Shown: piece after piece, positions 18,330-27,233 of the stretch
Position numbering within the stretch: the stretch's first letter is position 1
How the letters are laid out: each line of letters starts with the position of its first letter
NCBI GenBank assembly: GCA_040218735.1
Contig: JAVJQW010000067.1
Span: forward strand, 1-64,000
DNA length: 64,000 nt
Direction: 5' to 3'
Source: Deltaproteobacteria bacterium
GTDB lineage: Bacteria; Myxococcota; Kuafuiibacteriia; Kuafuiibacteriales; Kuafuiibacteriaceae
Translations under genes and position numbers: made by a program
The notes under the pieces: model-generated
Told to the model about the DNA's origin: nothing
What the model saw: the letters and a program-made list of their open reading frames with translations, nothing else
Database searches by the model: none

Positions 18330-19328
18330 CTACGGGCTGACCTTGCTGACGATCTTCGGGAGCTGCTCGGCGAGCGGCGCGCCCGACTCGGCGGAGTCGA
18401 GGACCTTCAGCGACGCACGCGCCCAGCGCATCCCCTTGCGCGACTGCTCGTCGATGAAGTCTTCGTCGGCGTCGCGGCTGCGCTTCGCGAGCACGCTGTG
18501 CGCGACGGCGGCGGTGAGGCCCTCGGTTAGGTAGTTCGGGCCGTCCGTGAACTGCGTCCGGATGCGCTTCGACGTCTTCAGGCCGTCCCACGAACGCGAG
18601 AAGCCGCGCGCGGAGCCGAACGCTGCTTTCACCGGCGCCGCGAGCGAGGCGCGCAGGGCGTCTTCGAGGATCGCGCGGCGCGCCGTCGGGAAGCCGGGCC
18701 CCACCACGAGGAAGCGCACATCGCCGTGGTCGACGACGCGAACCATGCCGTGCCCGTCGAGCGGGTTCGGCACGACGACGAGGTTCGCGGGGCCGCGGAG
18801 CGGGTCGCCGCCGAGGATCTTGGAGGCGGCCGCGAAGTCGGCCTCGAGCTTGGTCTTCAGCTCTTTGGCGTGGTTGCGCTGATCCTCCGCGAGTTTGTCG
18901 AACAGCGCGACGAGCTCGGCTTCCTCACGGAGCTTGCTGAACACGGCGTCCAGCTTGGGGCGGATCTTCTTGGCGGCCGGCGAAAGCTCGGCCTTCCCCT
19001 CGGCGAGCGCGGCGGACAGGTAGTCCTCGATCTCCCCCGGGTTCGACTCGAACAGCTTGCGCACCCCCTCCATCGAGGGCTTGTCGCGGACTTTGCGCAG
19101 GGCGTCACGGACGTCGACACGGATGGCGTGGAAGACTGGGGCGCGCAGCGGCGGGCCCTTGCGCTCCGTCTCCTCGGCGTAGCCGGCGGCGTTCAGGGCG
19201 GCGAAGAGCACGAAGACGTCCTCGTCGGCGCGCAGCTCTACGCCGTGGTCCGTGATGAGCTTGGTCGGCGCATCTTGGGTGGCGGAAGGTGCGAGGGTGA
19301 GTACGGCGAGTGCAAACAGGGTGCTCAT
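18330..19328 (-). CDS. Secreted hypothetical protein (DUF4932-like)
   Basis: Signal peptide; GVELRADEDVFVLFAALNAAGY; helical. Confidence 0.65.
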   Translation of the reverse strand: MSTLFALAVLTLAPSATQDAPTKLITDHGVELRADEDVFVLFAALNAAGYAEETERKGPPLRAPVFHAIRVDVRDALRKVRDKPSMEGVRKLFESNPGEIEDYLSAALAEGKAELSPAAKKIRPKLDAVFSKLREEAELVALFDKLAEDQRNHAKELKTKLEADFAAASKILGGDPLRGPANLVVVPNPLDGHGMVRVVDHGDVRFLVVGPGFPTARRAILEDALRASLAAPVKAAFGSARGFSRSWDGLKTSKRIRTQFTDGPNYLTEGLTAAVAHSVLAKRSRDADEDFIDEQSRKGMRWARASLKVLDSAESGAPLAEQLPKIVSKVSP

Positions 19329-19477
19329 CGGGGGGTCCTCCGGACGGCGGCGAGTCTAATCGAACGCGAATCCCGTCGTCTAACGAAACGGTCACCGGGG
19401 CCGGTTTTTGCCAGGTAGAGACAACTCCCCGTGTAGCTCCCCTCCCCATCGGGGTACGCTGCGCCGAGGCAACTGAC

Positions 19478-22400
19478 ATGACGCGCCACATCCCTTCGAC
19501 GACGATCCCGCTCCTCACATTCGTTTTCGCCTCTACGTGCGCGATCGAGGCCTCCGCGACCTCCGTCGGACCGGTCACGCAGCTCGCGACTCCGGCCGGG
19601 TCCCAGCGCGCACCCGCCATCTCTTGGGACCCCGTGAACGAGGTCTACGTGATCGTCTGGGAGGACGGTCGCAACGGCGCCAACGGCATCGACCTCTACG
19701 TCGCGCGCATCGGCGAGGACGGCACGATCGTCGATTCGATCGGGCTCCCGGTGCTCGCCGGCGCGACCGAGCTTCAGGACGACGAGCTCGCGCCGGACAT
19801 CGTCTTCAACTCGCTGTCCGTCGAACACGTGATCACCTGGCAGGAGGTTCGGCCGCCCGCTGCGTTCACCGACATCTGGGCGACGCGTTTCTCCGCGCAG
19901 GGGCCCGGCACGGTGGTCCCGTCGGCGGGTGTGCAGATCACGAGCGGCACCGCCTCGGAGAGCGGGCCGGTGATCGAGACGACCGGCGGTCAGCTCCTCC
20001 TCGGGTGGCAGGTCGTCGAGATGGGGACGCGGTTCCTCCGCGGTCGGCGTGTCTTCCCGGACCTCACGCTCGTCGAGCCCGCGTTCGACGTGACGACCAC
20101 CATCGGCACCACCCCCGCCGTGGCCGCGGCGGGCTCCAACTTCTTCTACGCGTGGGAGGCGGGCGCGGACCTCTTCGGCCGCGTGATTCCGGACGTCCCG
20201 CCGAACCCCACGCCGAACGACATCACGATCTCCGCGGCCAACCTCGCGCAGACCGTACCGAGCCTGACGGTCATCGGCAGCAACGTCGTCGCGGTCTGGG
20301 AGGACGCGCGCAGCAGCACCTCGTCCGTCACGAAGGACATCTGGGCGCAGGTCTTCGACACCGCGCTGACGCCGGTCGGCATGCCCTTCCCCGTGTCGGA
20401 GGCTCAGAACGACCAGGTGCGCCCGCGCATCGCCGGGCACGCGGGCGGCGGGCTCGCGGTCTGGCAGGATCGCCGCAACTCGGTGTCGACCGCGATCACC
20501 TACGGCGCGCGCCTGAACGCGACCGGCGCGGTGCAGGACGTGGAGGGCTTCCCGATCCTCGCGTTCCAGAGCAACGCGTTCGAGCACGCCGTCGCGAAGG
20601 GCCCGTCGGGTTCCGGCGGCGCGACGTACGAGGACTACCTCGTGGCCTCCGTCGCGTTCGGGCAGCCGTCGCGGATCAGCTACCGCATCGTGCGTGACGA
20701 GCTGCCCGGCGGCCCCGCGATGACCGGCCTCGGCGACCTCATGGTCCCGGCGGACGGGGTCACGCAGGCGAACGTCACCTTCGGGCTCGCGCAGGGCGAC
20801 AGCGGGCTGCCGGTCGTCGGCGGCACGCTCTACACGCTCTCGCTGAGCAACAACATGGTGACCGTCGTGCAGGCCGACGCGGATCCTTCGATCCCCGGGC
20901 ACCAGATTCGCTCCGGCGAAGGCACGGTGTCGGTGTCGATGACGAGCCTCGCGCACGTGCTGGTCGACGTGACGGTGACCTCCGTCGAGGGCACCTCGTC
21001 GGGCACGGTGCAGGTCGAGTTCCTGAACGTGCCGCCGGTCGCGACGAACGCGCTGATCGCGCCGGCGGTGCCGCGCTCCGACGAGGACCTGACGCTGAGC
21101 TACACGTACTCCGACATCAACTCGGACCCGGAGACGAACACGCGGATCCGCTGGCTGCGCAACACCGCGATTCAGAACATCTACAACGACATGCCCTCGG
21201 TGCCGTCGATGGCGACGCGCCGCGGGGATCTGTGGCGCGTGCAGGTCACGCCGAACGACGGCCTGGATCTCGGGCAGCCCATCAACAGCAACATCGTGGA
21301 GATCGGCAACACGCCGCCGGTCGCGACGAACCTGGAGGTGCGGTACCAGCCCGCGCCCGAGCTGGTGACCGGGACGCCGATCACCGCGTTCTACGCGTAC
21401 TCGGATCTCGACATGGACTCCGAGGGGCCGACCGAGCTGCGCTGGTACCTCGACGGCGCGGAGCGCACGGACCTCGCGGGCATGGAGGACGTCGCCGGTA
21501 CCGAGGTCATCAAGGACCAGTCCTGGTATTTCACGATTCGCCCGAACGACAACACGGAGTTCGGTGAGCTCGTGCAGAGCCCGGCGGTCACGGTGATCAA
21601 CACGGAGCCGGTCGCGGTGGCGGGGCAAGACCTCCCGGTCGAGGACCGGCGTGTGCTGGAGCGGCGCGTGTATCAGCTCGACGGGACGCGCTCGAGTGAC
21701 ATCGATCCGCAAGACACGTTGACGTACACGTGGCGGCAGGTCATCCGCACGACGGAGCCGGAGGTCACGCTCTCGGACACGTCGTCGGCGACGCCGTCGT
21801 TCACGGCGCCGAGCGTCACGACGACGCAGCAGCTGCGCTTCGAGTTGGTGGTCAACGACGGGGACGAGGACTCGTCGGTCGACTTCGTGATCATCGAGAT
21901 CACCCCGGTGGCGGACGGTGACGCGGACGGTCTCGACGACGAGGAAGAGGCGATCGCCGGCACGGACCCGACGCAGGCCGACACGGATCGCGACGGTCTG
22001 CGGGATCGCGACGAGGTCGAGGCCGGCACGGACCCGCTCGACGAGGACACGGACGACGACGGCGTGCGCGACGGCGGTGAGGGCCGCACGAGCAAGAACG
22101 GCAACGACTTCGCGCCGCTCGGCGACGCGGACGGTGACGGGATCATCAACGCGCTGGATCCGGACAGCGACGACGACGGCCTCTTCGACGGGACGGAGAT
22201 CAGCATCATCGACCCGCGCACCGGCGGCGGTGAGCCGCCGTACGAGTACGCGGGCACGGACGAGTCGGCCGGGTTCTTCATCGCGGACGAGGACCCGAGC
22301 ACGGGCACGAACCCGAACCTCGCCGACACCGACGAGGACACCTTCCTCGACGGCGATGAGGACGCGAACCACAACGGCCGCGTCGACGCCGGCGAGAGCG

Positions 22401-22780
22401 ACCCGAACGATCCCGCCGATCCGGGCATCCCGTGTGACGGCATGGGGAACTGCCCCGGCGCGCTGGTGTGCATGGGCGGGATGTGTGTCCCGGACACGTC
22501 CGGCAACGTCTGCCCGATGAAGCTCCCCGCCACGCTCCAGTGCTGCATGGGCGGCTGCAACGCGCAGGCGACCGAGGTCGACGCGATCTGCCCGGCCGGC
22601 GGCACCACGGAGCGCTGCCCGGTCGGCGCGCAGCAGTGCGCGGCGAACACGTGCATGGCGGCCGACGCCGTGACCCCGCCCGCCGAGGGCTGCAACTGCG
22701 CCGCGACGAAGCGCTCGGAGCGCGGCGGCCTGTGGGGGTTGGTGTTGCTCGCGGCGTTCGTGGTGCGGCGCCGCCGCTGA
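19478..22780 (+). CDS. Large surface protein: beta-propeller-like N-terminus, Ig/PKD-like domains, Ca-binding DxDxDG (TSP3-like) repeats, Cys-rich region and MYXO-CTERM-like anchor
   Basis: Signal peptide; repeated VWEDxR; NxPPVA Ig starts; DTDxDG repeats; GCNCAA...LWGLVLLAAFVVRRRR. Confidence 0.85.
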   Translation: MTRHIPSTTIPLLTFVFASTCAIEASATSVGPVTQLATPAGSQRAPAISWDPVNEVYVIVWEDGRNGANGIDLYVARIGEDGTIVDSIGLPVLAGATELQDDELAPDIVFNSLSVEHVITWQEVRPPAAFTDIWATRFSAQGPGTVVPSAGVQITSGTASESGPVIETTGGQLLLGWQVVEMGTRFLRGRRVFPDLTLVEPAFDVTTTIGTTPAVAAAGSNFFYAWEAGADLFGRVIPDVPPNPTPNDITISAANLAQTVPSLTVIGSNVVAVWEDARSSTSSVTKDIWAQVFDTALTPVGMPFPVSEAQNDQVRPRIAGHAGGGLAVWQDRRNSVSTAITYGARLNATGAVQDVEGFPILAFQSNAFEHAVAKGPSGSGGATYEDYLVASVAFGQPSRISYRIVRDELPGGPAMTGLGDLMVPADGVTQANVTFGLAQGDSGLPVVGGTLYTLSLSNNMVTVVQADADPSIPGHQIRSGEGTVSVSMTSLAHVLVDVTVTSVEGTSSGTVQVEFLNVPPVATNALIAPAVPRSDEDLTLSYTYSDINSDPETNTRIRWLRNTAIQNIYNDMPSVPSMATRRGDLWRVQVTPNDGLDLGQPINSNIVEIGNTPPVATNLEVRYQPAPELVTGTPITAFYAYSDLDMDSEGPTELRWYLDGAERTDLAGMEDVAGTEVIKDQSWYFTIRPNDNTEFGELVQSPAVTVINTEPVAVAGQDLPVEDRRVLERRVYQLDGTRSSDIDPQDTLTYTWRQVIRTTEPEVTLSDTSSATPSFTAPSVTTTQQLRFELVVNDGDEDSSVDFVIIEITPVADGDADGLDDEEEAIAGTDPTQADTDRDGLRDRDEVEAGTDPLDEDTDDDGVRDGGEGRTSKNGNDFAPLGDADGDGIINALDPDSDDDGLFDGTEISIIDPRTGGGEPPYEYAGTDESAGFFIADEDPSTGTNPNLADTDEDTFLDGDEDANHNGRVDAGESDPNDPADPGIPCDGMGNCPGALVCMGGMCVPDTSGNVCPMKLPATLQCCMGGCNAQATEVDAICPAGGTTERCPVGAQQCAANTCMAADAVTPPAEGCNCAATKRSERGGLWGLVLLAAFVVRRRR

Positions 22781-22781
22781 T

Positions 22782-23645
22782 TCAGAGCAGACCGAGCTGC
22801 CCTTCCTCTCGCTCGCCCGGCCAGGGCGGGTGCTCGGGCAGCTCCGGGATGCGGCGTCGGACGAGGTAGTGGAAGGTCCGCGCGAGGCGCGGGGCGTACA
22901 GGTCGTCGGGCGCGTGCATGAAGACGTAGGGCTCGAGGCCCGCGCGGAGCCAGTCGGCGACGGTCTCGGCCCAGCGGTCGAGCCAGCCGCTCGTCGCGCG
23001 GACGTCGTTCTGGCCGACGAAGCGTAGAAAGGGCTGCTCGGCGATCACGGACTGGCGCGCGGGGACGCGGGGTTTGCGGGACTGGGTGTGGAGCGTGGTC
23101 GGGTCCTTCTTCTTCGCGGCGAACAGCGCGGTCGTGTCGAAGTGACAGCGGCCAACGCTGCGCGCCGCGAGGAGCGCGTCGAGCTCGGCTTCCGCGTTGC
23201 CGAAGAACGCGAGGTGGCGCACCTCGACGACGTAGCGGTGCTGCGGCGGGAGCTCGGCGACGAAACGATCGAGGACATCGAGGCGGTCGGGGCCGAAGCG
23301 GTTCGACAGCTGCACCATGAACGGCCCGAGGCGCGGCCCGAGGGGCGCGAGGCGATCGAAGAACCGGTCGAGCTCGGCGCGTTGACCCTCGAGCATCGTG
23401 TCGTGGCTGACGCCGCGCGGGATCTTGAAGCAGAAGCGAAACGCCTCGGGCGTCTCCTCCGCCCATCGCGCGACGGTGGGCTCGGAGGGGAGCGCGTAGA
23501 AGGTGCTGTTGCCCTCGACGGTGTCGAAGACGGAGGCGTAGGCGGAGAGGAGCGCCTTGGTCTTGGGGTGGAAGAGGTTCCCGAGCCAAGCGCGGTTCGC
23601 CCAGATGGGGCAGCCAACGCGAAGCACGGGGGTGTGCACCAGCAA
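22782..23645 (-). CDS. DUF72 (YecE-like) protein
   Basis: VGCPIW, FDTVEGNSTFYALP, FRFCFKIP, EVRH, YVFMH; start uncertain (23645 or 23639). Confidence 0.9.
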   Translation of the reverse strand: MLVHTPVLRVGCPIWANRAWLGNLFHPKTKALLSAYASVFDTVEGNSTFYALPSEPTVARWAEETPEAFRFCFKIPRGVSHDTMLEGQRAELDRFFDRLAPLGPRLGPFMVQLSNRFGPDRLDVLDRFVAELPPQHRYVVEVRHLAFFGNAEAELDALLAARSVGRCHFDTTALFAAKKKDPTTLHTQSRKPRVPARQSVIAEQPFLRFVGQNDVRATSGWLDRWAETVADWLRAGLEPYVFMHAPDDLYAPRLARTFHYLVRRRIPELPEHPPWPGEREEGQLGLL

Positions 23646-23653
23646 CCTCAGAC

Positions 23654-23800
23654 CCCTTGAACTTGAACTTGCCCGTGCCCTTGCCCTGCACCACGGCGCG
23701 CGCGACGGGCAGCGCGTCGGCCCGAGCACAGCGTCATCGACGTGCCGGTTTCAAAGGCGGAGCGAGAGGGCAAGTTCAAGGGCAAGTTCAAGTTCAAGGG
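23654..23800. repeat. Intergenic element with a 21-bp perfect inverted repeat built from hexamers
   Basis: CCCTTGAACTTGAACTTGCCC (23654-23674) and GGGCAAGTTCAAGTTCAAGGG (23780-23800), plus extra partial copies. Confidence 0.8.
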
Positions 23801-23820
23801 TTCGGCCGCCTTCGGCGTCC

Positions 23821-25749
23821 TCAGAGCTCCCTTGGATCCGTCAACTTCCCCGTCACCGCGCTCGCCGCAGCCACAGCCGGCGACACCAGATACACCGGCC
23901 CCGGCGCGCCCATGCGTCGATCGAAGTTCCGGTTCGTCGTGCTCGCCGTCGTCTCTCCCGCGTGCGGGATCCCGGGGCCGTTGCCGATGCACGAGCCGCA
24001 CCCCGGCGGCGAAACGAACGCGCCGAGCTCGCGGAAGAGGCCCAGGATGCCCTCCTTCTCCGCGGCGTCGGCGACGTCGGCGCTCGACGGCGTCACGGTG
24101 ACGCGCACGCCGTTCTTGAATTGCTTGCCCTTCAGGACGTCGGCTGCGGCGCGCAGGTCGGCGAGCGAGCCGCCCGTGCAGGACGCGATCACGACGTTGT
24201 GAATCTCCACGGCGCCGTGCTCCGCGAGGGGCGCGCGGTTTCGCGAGTCGCCGGGGGTCGCGACGGTGAGCGGAACCTCGTCGAGGTTCACGTGGATCGT
24301 CTTCACGTACTCCGCGTCCGGATCGGGGTGGACGAACATGGCGTCGACGTCGATGTCGCCGCGGCGCTCCTTCAGGAACTTCCGCACCGGCTCACACGGC
24401 TCGACGATGCCCGTCATCAGGCCGCCCTCGACCGTCATGTTCGTGAGCACCGACAGCTCGTCCGCGTTCCACTGGTCGAGGCCGGGGCCGGCGAACTGCA
24501 CGACGCAGGTGTCGGTCGGCGACTCGCGCCACTGCTCCTCGCGGAAGTAGGGATCGCCGATCAAGTGAAGGATGAGGTCCTTGGGCGAGAGCACCGACTT
24601 CGCGTCGCCTTCGACCACCACGCGCACGCACTTCGGCACCGTCACCGGCACCAGTCCGGTGCGCAGCGCGAACGACATCGCGGTCGAGCCGACGCCGAAC
24701 GCGAAGTTGTTGAGCACCCCCGCCGTGGGTGTGTGGCTGTCCGTGAGCACGACGACCGTGCCCGGCTCCGCGTAGTCCTCGACGACGATGCGGTGGCAAA
24801 CGCCCGCCGGCAGATCGCGCCCCGGGCCGTGCACCTTGATGCCGTTCTTCTGGCAGGCGGCGATCATCTCCTTCGTGAGGTTCTGCGCCGGCCCGAGCCG
24901 CTGGTTCTTCACCGGCATCGGCACGGTGTCCTGCTCCAGCAGCACGAAGTGGTCCTCGAAAGCCGCCACCAGCTCGGGCTTCGCCACCGGCGCATCGCCC
25001 CACTCCTGTTCGTACAGGTGCATCACCATGCCGGCGGTGTACTCGTGCATCCCGCGGAAGCCCGCCTCGCAGAGGACCTGGTCGCCCGGCTTCACGGACG
25101 CGATGCCCATCTCGGCGCCCAGCCCGCGGAACGTCCGCGCCGCGACGATCTTCTCGATACAGTTCATCGGGCGCGCGGGGACGTCGAGGTCGTAGACGGG
25201 CTTGGCCTCGCCGGCGAGGAGCTTGGTGCCGTACTTCAGCAGACCCCCGTTCTCCGCGACCGCGCGGAAGAACGGTGGGAGCTCTTCGGCGAACTTCGCG
25301 AGGTCGACGACCTGGCCGTCCTCGAGGCGGTCCGCCACGGTCAGGTCCGTCGTGAACGGCAGCCCGCTGTAGACCATGTTCTCCTGGAAGATGCGCTGGA
25401 AGCTCTTCGCGATGACGAGCTCGATCCCCGCGCCCTGGTGCGCCACGACGGCGACCTCGCGCGAGCTCCCCGACCCATACGCGTCCCCACCGACGACGAC
25501 CTGAAAGCCCCCATCCTTGATGCCGTTCTTCTTCACCGTCTCCTTGAAGTTCTCGAGGAAGTACGGACCGAGGACTTCGCCGGTATATCCGAGCGTGCAC
25601 GCCGCGCCGCTGATGATGGCGTCGGTGTTGAGCCCGTAGTGCAGCGACGGGTGGGCGGCGCCGGAAAACGGCACCGAAGTGCCCGCGAGTTGGGCCGCGA
25701 TGGGGCCGGATTCGTCGGTCAGCCAGAGGACACGGCCGGTGAGCTTCAT
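23821..25749 (-). CDS. Aconitase-family dehydratase, fused LeuD-like (N) plus LeuC-like (C)
   Basis: NTDAI, YGSGSSRE, AKSFQRIF, then EDH, GVCH, DSHT, ASCTGG, PGCGSCIG, STTNRNF. Confidence 0.9.
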   Translation of the reverse strand: MKLTGRVLWLTDESGPIAAQLAGTSVPFSGAAHPSLHYGLNTDAIISGAACTLGYTGEVLGPYFLENFKETVKKNGIKDGGFQVVVGGDAYGSGSSREVAVVAHQGAGIELVIAKSFQRIFQENMVYSGLPFTTDLTVADRLEDGQVVDLAKFAEELPPFFRAVAENGGLLKYGTKLLAGEAKPVYDLDVPARPMNCIEKIVAARTFRGLGAEMGIASVKPGDQVLCEAGFRGMHEYTAGMVMHLYEQEWGDAPVAKPELVAAFEDHFVLLEQDTVPMPVKNQRLGPAQNLTKEMIAACQKNGIKVHGPGRDLPAGVCHRIVVEDYAEPGTVVVLTDSHTPTAGVLNNFAFGVGSTAMSFALRTGLVPVTVPKCVRVVVEGDAKSVLSPKDLILHLIGDPYFREEQWRESPTDTCVVQFAGPGLDQWNADELSVLTNMTVEGGLMTGIVEPCEPVRKFLKERRGDIDVDAMFVHPDPDAEYVKTIHVNLDEVPLTVATPGDSRNRAPLAEHGAVEIHNVVIASCTGGSLADLRAAADVLKGKQFKNGVRVTVTPSSADVADAAEKEGILGLFRELGAFVSPPGCGSCIGNGPGIPHAGETTASTTNRNFDRRMGAPGPVYLVSPAVAAASAVTGKLTDPREL

Positions 25750-25845
25750 CGTGGCTCCGGATTAACCGAACCCGCCCCACCCCCGCAACAAGAAGCGGTG
25801 ACCCTCGGGTTGCAAAACACCCGGTCCCCGTGAGATCGCCGCGTC

Positions 25846-26544
25846 GTGGACGCGTCGACTGCCAAGCAGCTCGCGGCGTTCTGGCCGGACGTCGCGAAAC
25901 CCTTTGCGGAGGTGATCCCGATGGGCTGTCAGCTCGCGCGCATCGAAGACGAGTGGCGCGCGGGGTCCGACGCATCGCGGCGACGCCGCGTCGAGGTCTT
26001 CCCCGGCGAGGATGCGCCTTCCGTGGACGAGCTCCTCGAGGAGGCCTGCGAAGACGCCTTTCGCGAGGGCTGGACCTGCATGTCCGACCCCGGCGAGCCC
26101 GCACACTACGAGCTCGAGAACGTGCGGCTGGACCTGCGCGCCCAGGACTGTCCGATGCTGCTCGGCGAGCGCCGCGTGTTGTCCGCGCAGTTCGTCCAGG
26201 CCTGGCCGCCCGACTTCGGTCCGCCGGTCGAGACCAGCGACATGTTCCAGAACCTCGTGCGCAAGCTGCTCCGCCTGGGAGAAGATCCCGACCGCCTCAT
26301 GAAGACCGTGACGTTCGACCCGATGGCCAAGGCCCGCGCCGACGTGCTGTTCGAGCTCGTCGAGATGCCCTGCCCCGAAAACCTCCTGCCGCGGTTCGAC
26401 GAGCTGTCGTTCACGCCGCCCGTCGAGCCCGGCGCCGCCTGGGTGTCGACGGAGACGAGCGGCGAGCACCGCATCACCGCTCGGGTGACGAAGGCCGAAG
26501 GCCGCGTGCAGGTGATCATGGAGAAACGCAGGCAGGTGTCCTGA
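25846..26544 (+). CDS. Hypothetical protein
   Basis: Protein-like ORF, TGATG-coupled to the next gene. Confidence 0.7.
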   Translation: MDASTAKQLAAFWPDVAKPFAEVIPMGCQLARIEDEWRAGSDASRRRRVEVFPGEDAPSVDELLEEACEDAFREGWTCMSDPGEPAHYELENVRLDLRAQDCPMLLGERRVLSAQFVQAWPPDFGPPVETSDMFQNLVRKLLRLGEDPDRLMKTVTFDPMAKARADVLFELVEMPCPENLLPRFDELSFTPPVEPGAAWVSTETSGEHRITARVTKAEGRVQVIMEKRRQVS

Positions 26545-27233
26545 TGGAGCTTCTGTTCGTTCGCCACGCTCAACCCGCCTGGGTGGAGGACGGCATCAGC
26601 CGCCTCGACCCGCAGCTCACCCCCGTGGGTTTGCGACAAGCCGAGCACTTCGGGCCGCGCGCCGCGATGTTCGGTCCGGTCGACGAGCTGTGGGTCTCGC
26701 CGACGCGCCGCACGCGACAGACCGCGGAGCCGATCGCACGTGCGCTGGGCATGGAGCCCGTCATCTACGATTGGCTGGAGGAGATCCGCCTCCCGCCGGA
26801 GTGGGACGGCGTGCCCGCGGAGAAGATGGGGCCCGCGTTCCGTGCGGCGAAGCTCCGCCCGCCCGCCGAGTGGTGGGACGGCCTGGGGACCGGCGAGCCG
26901 TTCACGGACTTTCACGCGCGGGTGACGGCGGGGTTGGACGAAGAGCTCGGCGTGCGCGGCGTGACCGTGCAGCACGACGAACACGACACGCGGGTCTTCG
27001 ACATGCCGGACGACCACCGGCGGATCATCGTCGTCGGTCACGGCGGGACGAACTCCGTGGCCATCGCGCACCTGTTGGGTCTGCCGCCGGTGCCGTGGTC
27101 GTGGGAGCGGTTCGTGCTGATGCACGCGTCGGTGTCGCGGCTGCGGTCGACGTCGCTGCTCGGCGGCCGCATCTTCGGGATGCGGCAGATGAGCGACGTG
27201 AGTCACCTTCCCGAGGCGCTGGTGACGCGCTGA
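26544..27233 (+). CDS. Histidine phosphatase (phosphoglycerate mutase family)
   Basis: FVRHAQ, VSPTRRTRQTA, LEE, VGHGG. Confidence 0.9.
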   Translation: MELLFVRHAQPAWVEDGISRLDPQLTPVGLRQAEHFGPRAAMFGPVDELWVSPTRRTRQTAEPIARALGMEPVIYDWLEEIRLPPEWDGVPAEKMGPAFRAAKLRPPAEWWDGLGTGEPFTDFHARVTAGLDEELGVRGVTVQHDEHDTRVFDMPDDHRRIIVVGHGGTNSVAIAHLLGLPPVPWSWERFVLMHASVSRLRSTSLLGGRIFGMRQMSDVSHLPEALVTR

